Assembly (NCBI GenBank): GCA_964199315.1
Contig: OZ116712.1
Span: forward strand, 21,328,001-21,392,000
Reading direction: 5' to 3'
Length of the DNA stretch: 64,000 nucleotides
From: Orbicella franksi
Lineage: Eukaryota
Shown here: in pieces, positions 25,709 to 38,660 of the stretch
Position numbering within the stretch: the stretch's first letter is position 1
Layout of the letters: each line of letters opens with the position of its first letter
The notes under the pieces: model-generated
The model's input: the letters and a program-made list of their open reading frames with translations, nothing else
What the model was told of the DNA's origin: nothing
Databases searched by the model: none
Made by a program: the position numbers and the translations under genes

Positions 25709-26740
25709 TTAATTTTTTCTGGTGTAGTAGTTTTCTATTAGATAATTTCCAGTTCTCAAATTGCCCCATTTTAGGAAGCATGCTCCATTGATTCTGCAAT
25801 CCCAAGATACCAGCCACCACGCTAGAAAAAATCCTGGATCCGCCAATGGGTTGGGAAGCACCCTAGCTAGTTGACCTTTAAAACCCATCTGGTCTTTAGT
25901 TCAGTTGCACAGAAGCTAAAACTATTAAAAGCAGAGTATAAATTGTCAACACATTTGTTTCCGTGTTACCTTTAATGTTCTCAATATTTAACTTGCTAAG
26001 ATCTCCACAAATGACCATAAACACAAATGCGAGTATCTCCTGTCACATAAGCCTCATTATCAGCTGTTTTTTTTGAAAGTGGTAGCCAGGCAATTCTCTA
26101 AGGAGTGTGCCACTCGAGGAGACGCCATAAACTTCAGGCTAGTGTCAGTCGTGCCATAGTTTAAAATGTTCTTGCATACAAAAAACCATTTTAAGGCATG
26201 CATAAAACAAATAAATTTTTCTATAACTCAATACTTAGTCAAAGTCTGAGGTTTTAAGCACCTAATGCTGTCAAATAAAGAACCCAAATATCTTGCAAAA
26301 CATGGCTTCTAATGAGTTCTGGCATGTTTCATAATCAAAGATCCAGTTACTTTAATTTCAACCTTACTGCCTTTAAGCTATGGTAAACTCCGACTTCTGG
26401 TACTTCTGAACAACTGGGGATAGAAAGGTTGCTTTTATTTTGCAGTTTAATAGCTGACTTAAATGCTAGATCATGATATCATAAAAAAAATTCTTGAGAG
26501 AAAAAAATAAATGTATTGTGAGACTGATCCCCACTTGTTACCGTACATCATTCTTACAACCTTGCTACTCTCTATAGCTGTATCATAGCATTCAACTTTT
26601 GGGATAAGAAGTCATTGTCACTCCACCATGATCTAGCTTGCAGCATCTAAGACTTTCACATCATAAAAACTACAAACATAGAAGCTAAAAGTGGTCTACA
26701 GCTAACATGCAATGATATTAAAACCACTTTTTCTCAGCAT

Positions 26741-29700
26741 TCAGTCAACCTCTTCAATTGTTGGTCCCCCTGAGCTGGTTGAGTCTGAAGTGGGAGCCCC
26801 ACCCCCCTGGGGAAATCCCCCTGCTCCTGGAGGGGTACCACCAGCACCCTGGTACAACTTTGTTATCACTGGATTACAGATACGCTCCAGTTCCTTCTGG
26901 CGCTTATCATATTCTTCTTTGCCTGCATCTGGATTACTGTCAATCCAACTGACTGCCTCATTGCATTTGTCAACAATTGTTTTCCTGTCATCCTCTGAGA
27001 TCTTATCTCGCACCTGAAGTGAGAGGCATTTGTAGATGTGTCAGAATGAAAATTCTATAATACTAAATTTAGCTTTTGGCTGAGCAAACAGATTTCTGTT
27101 TGTGTTTGCCAGTTTCAGAACTTATTTGATGGTTTGACAGTTGATGTGCTGATATTCTACAACTTACATAGAATTTTCCCAGGCCCAAACAAAGCAATGA
27201 AAAACAAACAATGAATAAAATGTTCGTGTGGAGCATCTGTCAAACCATGGAATAATATGACTGTTTTATCTACCTTGTTTTTAAGCAAACCAGGACCCTA
27301 CAGTGCAACATGGAATAAGGAATTTACAATACAACTGTTTTATTTTCCTTGTTTGTAAGCAAACTAGCACACTACAGTACAACAGGGGTTCGTATTTGCA
27401 TGTTGTAATGACGTCAAATAATAACAAAGTGCAAAAGTTTCATCACGCTTTCTAAATAATCTGTGTAAAAATAATATGTGTTCAAACCTTCTCATCCTCG
27501 ACTGTACTCTTCATGTGGTAGGCATAACTCTCCAATGAATTCTTGGCCTGGACTTTGTCACGTTGTGCGTCATCTTCTGCTTTGTACTTCTCTGCCTCTC
27601 GGACCATGCGATCAATGTCATCCTTGGACAGTCGACCTTTGTCATTGGTGATGGTGATCTTGTTTTCACGCCCAGTGCTCTTGTCCACAGCAGAGACATT
27701 TAAGATGCCATTTGCATCAATGTCGTAGGTGACTTCAATCTGTGGTACCCCACGAGGAGCCGGTGGAATTCCAGACAGCTCAAACTTTCCAAGCAAATTG
27801 TTGCCTGATGTCACACCTCTCTCACCTTCAAACACCTTGACAAAACAACAAGGGACAGTTAGGCCACAGCTAACACAACTGTTGGTGTTACTATTTTGAC
27901 ACATGAGCATAAAATAATAAATTAGTACTTTGTTACTGAAGAAGGAATTTTGCTCTTTCCCCTAGACAAGATGTTAGGCCAAGCTATTGGCAACATGTGT
28001 ATCCATTTATATTCGTGTAGCATAGGTTAAAGTATGACAGACACAGACACTGACCAACCTCAAAAACACAGTTCTCGTCCTAGAGTTCCTTGTACCAACT
28101 CACTGACACATTCTAAATTTGACGGAATTTGATGCTTTTCCCAGCTGCAGTACTTCACACCAGCACCTGTCACCTACAGTCCAGGGTATGGAATTCTACT
28201 CAATAACCTAAGCATATAAAATTGCTTCAGATTATAAAGTCTCATTACCTGAATAAGAACACTGGTCTGGTTGTCAGAATATGTAGTAAAGGACTCAGTT
28301 TTTTTGGTGGGTATGGTTGTGTTGCGTTTGATGAGGACCGTCATAACACCTCCTGCAGTCTCAATTCCAAGGGACAGGGGTGCAACATCAAGCAGCAGTA
28401 AATCCTGGACTTCACTACTCTTATCGCCACTCAAAATTGCAGCTTGAACTGCTGCTCCGTAAGCCACAGCTTCATCAGGGTTGATGCTCTTGTTGAGCTC
28501 TTTGCCATCAAAGAACTTCTGCAGAATTTCCTGAATCTTTGGGATACGGGTCGATCCTCCAACCAACACAACCTCATGAACCTTCCCTTTCTCAAGCCCA
28601 GCATCACGTAGGGCCTTCTCAACTGGCTTTTTGGTGTCCTCAAAAAGAACATTATTTAATGACTCAAACTTCGCGCGGGTTAGTGAGGTGTAAAAATCAA
28701 TCCCCTCAAACAGTGAATCAATCTCAATGCTAGTCTGAGTACTGGAGGACAGCGTTCTCTTTGCACGTTCACAAGCGGTCCGGAGGCGGCGCAATGCACG
28801 TTTGTTGGTTGACAGATCTTTTTTATACTTCCTTTTGAATTCCTCTACAAAGTGGTCAACTATGTTGTTGTCAAAGTCCTCTCCACCTAAGTGAGTATTG
28901 CCCGCTGTGGACTTCACCTCAAAGATTCCATCTTCAATGCTCAAAATAGAGACATCAAAAGTGCCGCCACCAAGGTCAAAGATCAGAACATTACGCTCAG
29001 CACCGACTTTCTTGTCAAGACCATATGCAATAGCAGCGGCAGTTGGTTCATTGATAATGCGCAGAACATTGAGACCAGCTATCACACCTTTAAAAAAAGG
29101 GAAAAGCATTGAGCTTCATCGAAAGTGAAGGAGCAAAGAGATATAGGAAATTTACATATGGAAGCTGACTGAAAACGAGTTTTCATCTAGTTTGCTGGTC
29201 CGCAATGCAAATGAGATCATTGATATTTTAACCTACCTGCATCTTTGGTAGCTTGGCGTTGAGAATCATTAAAATAGGCCGGCACTGTCACCACAGCATC
29301 TGTTATAGTTTTGCCAAGATATGCCTGAGCTGTTTCTTTCATCTTTGTCAACACCATGGATGAGATCTGAAAAAGATGTCAAACTGCCAATTAACAATGA
29401 TGGCCTGAATCAAATCCTGATCGAGAAAGCAACTTGAAATGAGGCTGGATTGCATGTTGATTATCAAAATTTTCCTACAGAATGTACTTCACATACTATC
29501 TTGCTTGAAGTAGTTAGCAAATAATTTTCTTTTGCTGGCCTCATTAAAACCCTGTGAGTGTACATGATTTAGCACATGAAAGACCACATTTGAAGATTAT
29601 CAATTCATTTATGAATGAATATTAGTAACAACTTGTGTTGAGCTGCAAATATGTAAAATCCATATAAAAATTTGTTCTGGATAGGAAAACAGAGGAATAT

Positions 29701-31287
29701 CAATTTGAAGGAAGATCAACTTTGCTATACATGCAAAGATTTTACCATTCTTTGACAAACATAGCTGACCTTTGAATAATTTCATATATATAATGTGCAG
29801 TTCCAGAAAATATCCATACCCGTGCCAACAATTCTAAGGGAAAAGTTTTAAAACGCTTTAAAGAAAAGTATAAAGATAGACCAGAATTTCCAGGGGCTGG
29901 GGGTTCAAACTAAAAATCCTTCCATGGGAGGGGTATGGATATTTTCTGAACAACACAATTTACTCTGTTTATATTTGTCTAAATAACACTATTATTGCCA
30001 ATTCTTCAGACTCTTGATTGTGTGGAATTCATACAAGTCCCAGTTGACAAGTCCAACCAATCAAGATAAGGTAAGGTAGGGTAAGGTAACTTTAAGTTGT
30101 AAACGTGGGGAGTGGTTGTCCAATCTCCCGAGCCAGGGGCTCATGACAAAAACGCACGACTATTTCCAATAACAATACTACTTACAATAATTATTACTAT
30201 ATTCGCTAAGATAAATTCACAATTTAAATATAACATATTCCTAAGAGTAACTAGTCCTAAGCCCCTGTAATGTGCAGTTCCAGAATATATCCAAACCATT
30301 CCAAGAAAATGTTAACGAATTCTAAGGGGGAGGAGGGTTTCAGAAGCCAAAATTTTTAAAGGAAGGTGTGAAGCTAAACCAGAATTTCCATGGGGGGAGG
30401 GGTGGAGGGTGGGTTCAAACTAAAACACCTACTGTGGGAGGGGTATGCATTTTTTCTTGAACAACACAATCAGGCCCCTAGCAAGCAGCTACCAATGAGT
30501 AACCAATGTAAAGAGATGATTGACAAACTTGACCTTCAGCCCAGTTTAGGCGTCGTAAATAAAACTACACCTGAGTGAGCATAATATTTAGTACAATATA
30601 TGATCACCTGGTGCACCATATAAAAGTTAAGCCTTTTAATACCTCTTCTGCATAAAATGATTTTGTTTCTCCTTTATATTCCACGCGTATTTTTGGTCTC
30701 CCAGAGTCGTTGATGATCTATTTAATCAAATGGGAAATAATTATTAGCTTACTTCACCTAGACAAGCTTATTCAACAACTTACAGCTTGTGCATTACGAA
30801 AATGTAAACTAAATGCTACTTAAATTGATACTTAATCATTTACGGCGTTCCAATATATTCTTTGAAAGACTTAAAATCTTAAAATCTCAACTGAGGATTC
30901 AAGAAATTAAGCCATGTTGTTCAAATACCTTGAAAGGCCAATGTTTCATGTCATCTTGCACAGATGGATCATCATAACGCCGTCCGATTAACCGCTTTGC
31001 ATCTGCAAAAGAACACAAGCGAAAATTCAGAAACAAGTGTTCGGAGCGACTCTTTTCTATCAGTAGATTGATGGAAACCTACCGAAAATCGTATTGCTAG
31101 GATTCATAGCCACTTGGTTCTTAGCAGCATCGCCTATCAAGCGTTCGGTGTCCGTGAAGGCCACATAGCTCGGAGTTGTTCGATTTCCCTGGTCGTTCGC
31201 GATAATCTCCACTTTCCCATGCTGAAAAACTCCAACACAGGAGTAGGTGGTACCGAGATCGATTCCAACTGCTGGTCCTTTCGACAT
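26741..31287 (-). CDS. HSP70: Cytosolic HSP70 (HSC70/HSPA8-like), 647 aa; exons 31287-31083, 31002-30929, 30717-30643, 29366-29237, 29087-28249, 27835-27488, 27013-26741
   Basis: [45 protein letters not shown] and C-terminal GPTIEEVD. Seven GT-AG exons sum to 1944 nt with consistent phases. Confidence 0.97.
29793..29959. mobile_element. MITE in HSP70 intron 3
   Basis: TIRs ATGTGCAGTTCCAGAAAATATCCATACC / GGTATGGATATTTTCTGAACAACACAAT. Confidence 0.75.
30270..30470. mobile_element. Second copy of the same MITE family in HSP70 intron 3
   Basis: ATGTGCAGTTCCAGAATATATCCAAACC ... GGGAGGGGTATGCATTTTTTCTTGAACAACACAAT. Related fragments at ~15965-16045 and ~52545-52730. Confidence 0.7.
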
Positions 31288-31423
31288 GTTGACACACAAG
31301 ATAAAAGAAACCACGCAAAAAGGTTCGCACCTCAAAACAATCCACCAACAGGCTCTGTTCTTCCGCGATAACGAAAACGACAACGTCACGTGACTAGATC
31401 TCACGCCCTACCCAGCAATGAGC

Positions 31424-31494
31424 ATTATATGTTGTCTCGTTCTTGGAACTGTCTAGAACATCCTATTTGTAGAATGTTTTGGAATGTAACATTC
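31424..31494 (-). promoter_or_regulatory. HSP70 proximal promoter: TATA-like box and heat-shock-element-like arrays
   Basis: GAA(31446)-GTC-GAA-TCC and GAA(31472)-TTT-GAA at the 5-bp nGAAn/nTTCn spacing. ATATAAT on the minus strand at 31424-31430, 140-200 bp upstream of the ATG. Palindromic E-box GTCACGTGAC at 31385-31394. Confidence 0.65.
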
Positions 31495-33171
31495 TAGTGT
31501 CGGTGTAATAAAAAAATTGTAATTAATTTTAAAATGTGAAAAAGTACACAATGATGTATGTTTCTAAAAATAGGATGTACAGATCCTTGGGACTCGCATC
31601 ACGTGATATTTCAGGTGAGTTGGTCACAGAGGAAAGGAATGATCTCACTGCACGTCGCACCGCTCCAACTTGCTCCCATTATTACTCGAGTCCCCGCTAG
31701 GCAGGCTAAAGGCTTGCAAGATTTATAATGAATATATTAATAGGCCTTTTTAATAGTTATCTACTGTAATTACCTCTTCGTCTTATCACGGGGGGTGGCG
31801 GGGGAGAACTCCTAAATGAAAAGGTCGGGGTTAGGGGTGTTCGTCGTCTCGCTTAGAAGTGTAAATGAAGGAATCAATGATTCTGGTGTCACTTAGGGTA
31901 TCCATGACGAAATGCCTCTATTGCAAGCTGCCAAACTATCTTTAAGGGTGCAGTAGAAATTTTAAAAATGCCTTTGTATCCCCGGCCCCGTTTTTAGGCT
32001 CGATTTCCGCCGGTCTCTCGAGTCCGGCAGTGGGGGCTCCCTTCCTGAACAGCGGCTGTTTCGTGGTATCTTGCTCTAGCCGACTAGCCACGCCCAAATT
32101 GGCCTCCATTAGGAGTTTAATTCACTATCTTATTAAAAGAGCTTAGAATTTGTAATTCATCATTGTTAAGAGTGGTAGTTTTACTCTATGTGTACATTAA
32201 GTTTAATTCACCTTTATGATTAGTATTTCAGTATTATTACATGACCGAGAAAATTGCTAAAAAAAAATGATTTGCTGAGAGCAGGCCAATTTATCGTTAG
32301 TTTTTAATTTGCACTTCACGCACGCGCTCGTAATTTTCTCAGATAATAAATGAATAACTAGACATTTGAAAATTCTTTCAAATTACACTCGCCTGAAGTT
32401 TCGTGCAATATTGCACTTGTATTCAATTACAACATTTCCTCACTTGAGCGTGGGGCAGTTATTAACTTCGTTCCAAGTGTTTCGGGCAAGCTGCAATAAA
32501 AGAGATCTGGGAACAAGGTACCTATCGTATGTCTCACAAAGTACCGTGCAGAGGTGGGGTAAGGAGTGGTGTAAGCACTCTTCAAGAGTGCTTCAACAAA
32601 AGTTACAAAAGGTGGCGATATTTCTTTCTTCCTCTGTTATCTTGTATATAGAGAAAGTGTGTAAATAATAGCACTAATCCAGGAGCTGCACTAATCCCAA
32701 CACTTGTTTATTTATTAATGTACAAAACTCAGAACAGCATAACATTCCGTCGTCAGTTCCTACTCTACACTGATACATTATGGTTCTCTTACATGAAGTA
32801 CAAAGATCAAGAACAGGACTTTAAAAAAAATAACAATAACAAAAACAAAATTTAACAAAGTGACTAAATTTCAATACATTTTCCGCTGGAGGTGTCCATT
32901 TCCACAGTCACTAATGTATCTTATTTTAAACGCTCAAATGAAGGTTCCCTAAATAAAGACTATTTTTTGTCTTAACCCTGTATGTTGTCACTTCATGGGA
33001 TGAAAGTATTTATTCTTTATTATTTAAACCGTCTACGGCCCTATTTAGCATAAAGTAGTATAAAAAGTCCCACATTTAAAAATAACTTGATAAAAATATA
33101 TTTCAAATTTCCACGGCGTCACTTCACACTATTATTTCTTTTTAAATGTATATGTAGAAATGTCTGGTCCA

Positions 33172-36100
33172 TTAGCACCACGTGCTTGTACATCTTCTAT
33201 TCCCCACGAGCCTTGTTCGCTCATCAAAGCTGGGGAACTCTTCCTCAAGATATCCTCGAGTTGATTGGTTTCTTTCTTGTTCTATGTGCTGGTCGTGGAA
33301 GACTGGGCCTGCATTAGAAACCTTCTCCAATATAAACTTTTGACACACTGTGGATCAGAGAAAATAAATACGCAGGTTTCGTAAGAAAGACTTATCATTT
33401 GATTTGTTTTTTGATAACGTTATGAAAGTATTAATTCACCGAGCCAAAGAGAACTGAAAGCCAAACTAACGCACGTAAATCGAGGGCGTGGTCGGGAAAC
33501 GTCATGACGTCATGTTAGGAATTTGGATTTGATTGGTCAAAATGAGAGTGATTGTGGATCATGCATCATCACTCTCATTGCGTATTTTTCAAACTACAAG
33601 AAAATAATTAAATTCATAGTAAAAACATCGTTATTTAGCTTGCTAACGTATCTGCCATGATCAGCCTAAAACTGCGTCATCTGCTGCTCTGCGTAACACT
33701 GTCATTTTTCTAATTGAATTTGAATGAAAATGCTCTTCAAAAATGTTTATGAAACAGACGCTTGCTATTACGGCTAGATAATACTGTAAACAGCAACAAT
33801 ATCAGATGCCAATACTACGACGTGATTCAGTCCTTTTATGTTATATGGGATTGCATTTGGCTTGGAAGCAGCGGAGAAGAAAAAATTCTGCTACCTAAGA
33901 ACTTTACGCGAAAAAATTTGTTGGTTCACTGATCAATGACAAAATTGGAAAATTATAAATTTTTCAAAAACTTATTGTAAACTTTTCTAGGGTGACGGCA
34001 GAACTAATCTCTCTTCTATGATTGCGTGGGAATTTACTTTAAGAGGGAGAGATGTAACCTTAAAAGTGAGCTTATGCAATCGACCTCTGTATCCTTGTGA
34101 CACATGCGTAAAAATTAAAAGCACTGTGGCGTTAACATGGTCGCGGGCAATACAAAACCATTATGTGATGCAGGAAAAGAGTTAACCAATCCTGAAATGA
34201 TCCCAAATACAATATCAGGTCTACATTATTAAGAGAGAATCTCTGGCTGTATCGTTACTTATTGAAATTCCGAAATCTGTTTAAAACAAACTCCCTTAAT
34301 TAACCAAGGATGCAGCATATGCCCTCGGAAAAGATAGTTATAAGACTAGATCTGTGAATTGCGGGAAATTCAGAGTGTGTGTTGAATGATTTGATATTAT
34401 AACCAAGTTACACAATGTATTCTCTCGATCATTTTAAAAAATTTCTCGTACGGGTCGGAGATAATAAATATATATCCGTCATTAATCGTGATATAAGAAC
34501 GCCAAATCAGTATTCTTTATCATTACAACGCTAATGGAATTCTTTAAAGCAAGCATAAGATAAATAAACGTTGGTAGTAATCAAAAAAATGTTTGGTATT
34601 GCGTTTGTTAAGAGGTGTGACAACGACTGAATTATTAGTTTATCTTGTTGCTTAGCGTATCAGTCAATGGAAGGAAACTTTTAACGCACTGTACACCACA
34701 CGAACTTCACTTCATATTATATTTCCGCTGATTCATCTTATAATTGTCCCTTGAAAAAATTAGTTTTCTAAACAAGAGTTCAAAGATATTGTCCTTTAAA
34801 GTTAATTAGCTTGTTATCTCATGTGTATCGATGGGAATATATGTTCAGCTAAGGTGAATTATGATAAAGCAAAATTCTTTTCATTGAAAACGAAACAGTG
34901 GCCCAGACAAAGGCAAGTCGCTTCCTTTCAGAGATAACTCTCGAAATTGGCTCAACTATAGCTGCATGACTATAAAACAGTGAGCAGTAATTCACAGCAG
35001 TTTAATACAGATTCCATATCAACTACAACTACAGACCAAACGCTATGAAAGTAAGTACGAGAGCTATTCACAGATCTCATGATTAACCCGCCCGGAAAAG
35101 ATAACAGTCAGAGACTTCGTAATTTTTTACGAAGCTGTATAGCTTTAATCATTGAACCCGAAACCTTACCCCCCCGCGCAAGGGCAGTTTCTAGGATAAG
35201 ATTTCGCTGTGACTGAGAGAGATTGAAGTGTTCCATACTGATGGAGGAAGGAAGAAGTAGAAGAGCCTTCGTTTTTAAACGATCTAGCACTCAGTTTATC
35301 GGCCAGGTAATCAAGTAAAGTTAAAAAGAAAAATAAATAGTTACGTTGGCCTTTTTACCAGTTCCATGCCAGTGAGTACCGGATAATATTGTAAGAATTC
35401 TTTTGGTGTTTATTCAACTCATTAGCAAATGAACACAGATATATATAGGACTGACTTAAAACTGGCTCAGGTTTTTTAGATGAGGTGGAGGTGAACGTGA
35501 TAGCAAAGTTAATTAAAGCTGCTGCATGTTATAAATAAGTTATTAACCTACCGTAACAGCCACAAGGCCACAGGAAATTTCGTGGAACAAATCCTTGTTC
35601 CCGATGTACATTCTCGACCCACCACCAGTCATTGTCATCTTTGCTAAGTACCCTGACGAGTTCCCCTCTCATGACGGAAATATCATCATCGTCACAAGCT
35701 TGGAAATCAAACAAGACCCGGAGCATGGTCTGTCTTTCACGAACCCGCAGAGCTTCCCGCGGGTCAAGGCCACGGGATTCCCGAATTGAGCATCTCATCT
35801 GACCTGCCCGAGTGAAATTTACTTTGTCATCATACACTGGCTCCTCGTTGACACTGGTGTAGCTTTCTGCTGGTAATATAATATTCACTGGTTCTGTATA
35901 ATTTTCTTTCAGTTTTACCTCAGGCTTAGAGAAGGTACCTTTTTTTCCTTCTTCTGGCTTCCTACCAAATATTCGTTTGGTCTTTCCAAATATCTTTTTG
36001 GTCGCTCGCTGAAGGAAGTTTCCTTTCCGTGGGCGGTCAGAAATGCCATTAGTTTCGTGTTGCTCCTTCAGTTTTATTCCCTGTTTTTTCGACGTGAAGC

Positions 36101-36412
36101 AGTTCCAAGCTTTAGTTTTGTTAGCGGTGGACATCTGTCCTGAGTAATAGCTTTCGTCGCTGAAAGCGATGCTCGAGTCATCTTGAAAACCAGAGTCGTC
36201 ATCCACCTGAACGACGCTGTACTCTGAATAGAGAATCAAATTAAAACAACAGTCATTCCTTAATACCATAGCGTGGGAAATAACTTAGAGATGTTACAAG
36301 CGAAATAGAGACTTGTGTTATTAGTGATAAACAAGACAAGTGACTAAAGTTAAAGAACTTTTAGAGAAGTATTTGTTTTTTAGGATGCAAAGCAAATCTT
36401 ACCCCGCTTCAT
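33172..36412 (-). CDS. SH3-domain protein, uncharacterised; exons 36412-36403, 36223-35552, optional 35283-35170, 33308-33172
   Basis: SH3 consensus VLFDFQACDDDDISVMRGELVRVLSKDDNDWWWVENVHREQGFVPRNFL. Phase-1 junctions ATGAAGCGGG|GTAAGA, TTCAG|AGTAC, TACG|GTAGGT and ATGCAG|GCCCA are in frame. The flanking exons are less certain than the SH3 exon. Confidence 0.7.
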
Positions 36413-38660
36413 CACCAAATCTCGTCTGAGGAATCCAGGTGCTGACAGCGTGATATATCGCCTCGCTTGTCGCAAAATATCAAATAGTATATCTGTCACG
36501 AGACTCAGTGATTAATTACACTTCAATTATGCCCGAGGGAAGTCCAATAACACAATTTAGTAAAGCGACTGTAAAATTTCTCGCCGTGTAAAGGCTCCAG
36601 CAGGGATAATTATCTTTTCGTTTTCACTACTGGACTTTTCACATGCTAATTGTCAGTTTTGACGCACCGCAATATTCTTGAGAGGGTCACGAGCATGCAA
36701 GCATGTGATTCACTTAGACAGACAATACAAAACCACATTCACTGTTTTTCTTTAATATTGTTAGTGAACGCATCATTGAAATCTGCACCAAGCTCAACGA
36801 ATAAAAATTGACTAGCTTTGAATTTAGTGTCAGGTTGAGAATTTGGCGGTTCCGTTCACACCAGCAAAATAGCTGAGTCAGTTGCGACTGAACCTGTTGT
36901 GTAAAGAGAAATTATGACTTGATCACACGCGGAAGACAAACAATTTTAGAATGAGATATCAAGCTTGCTCTATAAAGGGAGTTTGACTCGTGAATCGGGT
37001 GTGTTTTCCTGTTTTTCAGAGACGGCTGTTGTTTTTTGTTTTGTTTCTGTTAATGTTAGTCTGTCGGTTGGCAATTAAAGAAATGTGTCTCAAAATAGCA
37101 CAGTGGAGCAAAGAGACACTTCTGCCCATAAGAGCTCCCTCTTGGCTTTGGCAAACAAAGGTCAAGAATTGGGTTAGAGCAAAATAACCGTTTCTGTTTA
37201 CAAGAATCACAGCTCCTTAGAAGTTGTGGTTCCACTTGAAAACATGTCTAGAAAGTTTCATGCATTTTTAGTTTTTACAAATAGTCTGTAACTTGTATGT
37301 CGCGGCCGAAGAACCGACAATGTATATTGCTCAGGCGTTATGGCCGAATATCTTCAGAGGACGATAACAAAGGGGCTAGTGTTACAATATTTCACGATTC
37401 AAACCTTTTCTTTGTTACAAAGGCCTGCCGATAAAGTTTGCCTATGTGTCGCGCCAGTGCTCGGCTCAATACGTAATCAAAGTTCAGAGCGCATTATTCG
37501 CGTTGTCCTGAAAACAATGGCACGATCTTTCCTCTTTAGTATTTTATCTAGAAGGAACATCTATTAAACGGAAAAACAAGCTTGAGATAAACAAAGGTAC
37601 ACTAATATCAAGGATCCACGTAACTTATTCAAGTACATACGTCACTTGTCAAGTGACCCCACTGTTCCGCTCACGCTGGAGTGATTCAGGAAGTGTGCGG
37701 TTGTTTTGGTCTGATGAAGATCACGGCATAGTACCAAGACATAGTATGACATAGTACGGCACGCTAGAGTCAGACATCTCGGTCAGCAGCAGGTGCCAGG
37801 AACTTATGAGTGACCAGGAAGCCTGATTTGAAGACCAGGCACCCTCGTATCCAGGGTCTTCGTTCCCTTTGACCAGCGCTCGTTTCGTCAAGCCAGCATG
37901 CACAGTAAGGAACGAAGACGAGGTACGAGATTGAAGACCGTGCAGTTTCGCGGTCTTGCCAAATATGTTGAAGGGATTGGTTAACGCTGGCCGATAACGA
38001 CAGACCCAAGTGACAAGATTGAATTCTGGGAGACGACTGAAGCAAGATGCTTCATTGATACCGTGAAGGTCCTGGGTTGGAGATCGAATCAACAAACTCT
38101 TAACCTTTCAGAAACCTTCTTTTTATTCTCTTCTATTTCAGAAGCTTTCTATTTTGAAATCCACACATTGTTATGATTTATTTCACCTGTTAACACAAGA
38201 TTATCACATGATTATCACGCGAGTGTGTTGAAACGTTTCATAGCTGCATGTAATAATGCGAAAAGAGGTTAGCTCCTTCGGTTTATCCGTGACTGAGTGG
38301 AATGAAACGTTTGTGGCATAAAGACCATAAAACAAAATGAGCTTAGCGAAGACCACGAAAAAATACATTTGTATCTGAACTAAATTAGAAAACATGAATG
38401 AAGTTAGATTAGTCTACGAGGTACAAACAGGTCGCTTTATTGTGCACTTACAGTGTTACATATTTATCAGCCGTTTATATTTAGGGACCGGCATGTTTAC
38501 GACTGGTTTCCTTTGCGCAGTTATATTTCAAAAGTCTTGTCAAACTGAATTTCGTAACCGATTCTTATGATTTGTAATGGAAACTGCATTGCCTTCTTTT
38601 TTTTCTTCTTAAGTCTCCTCTCAACTCCGGAGTTGACTCAAGCTCGACGTCTGCAGGACA

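Noticed and set aside
37721-38095. GC-richer minus-strand ORFs (124 aa, 91 aa)
   Set aside because: No recognisable domain or consistent splice chain; probably 3' UTR of the coiled-coil gene or regulatory DNA.
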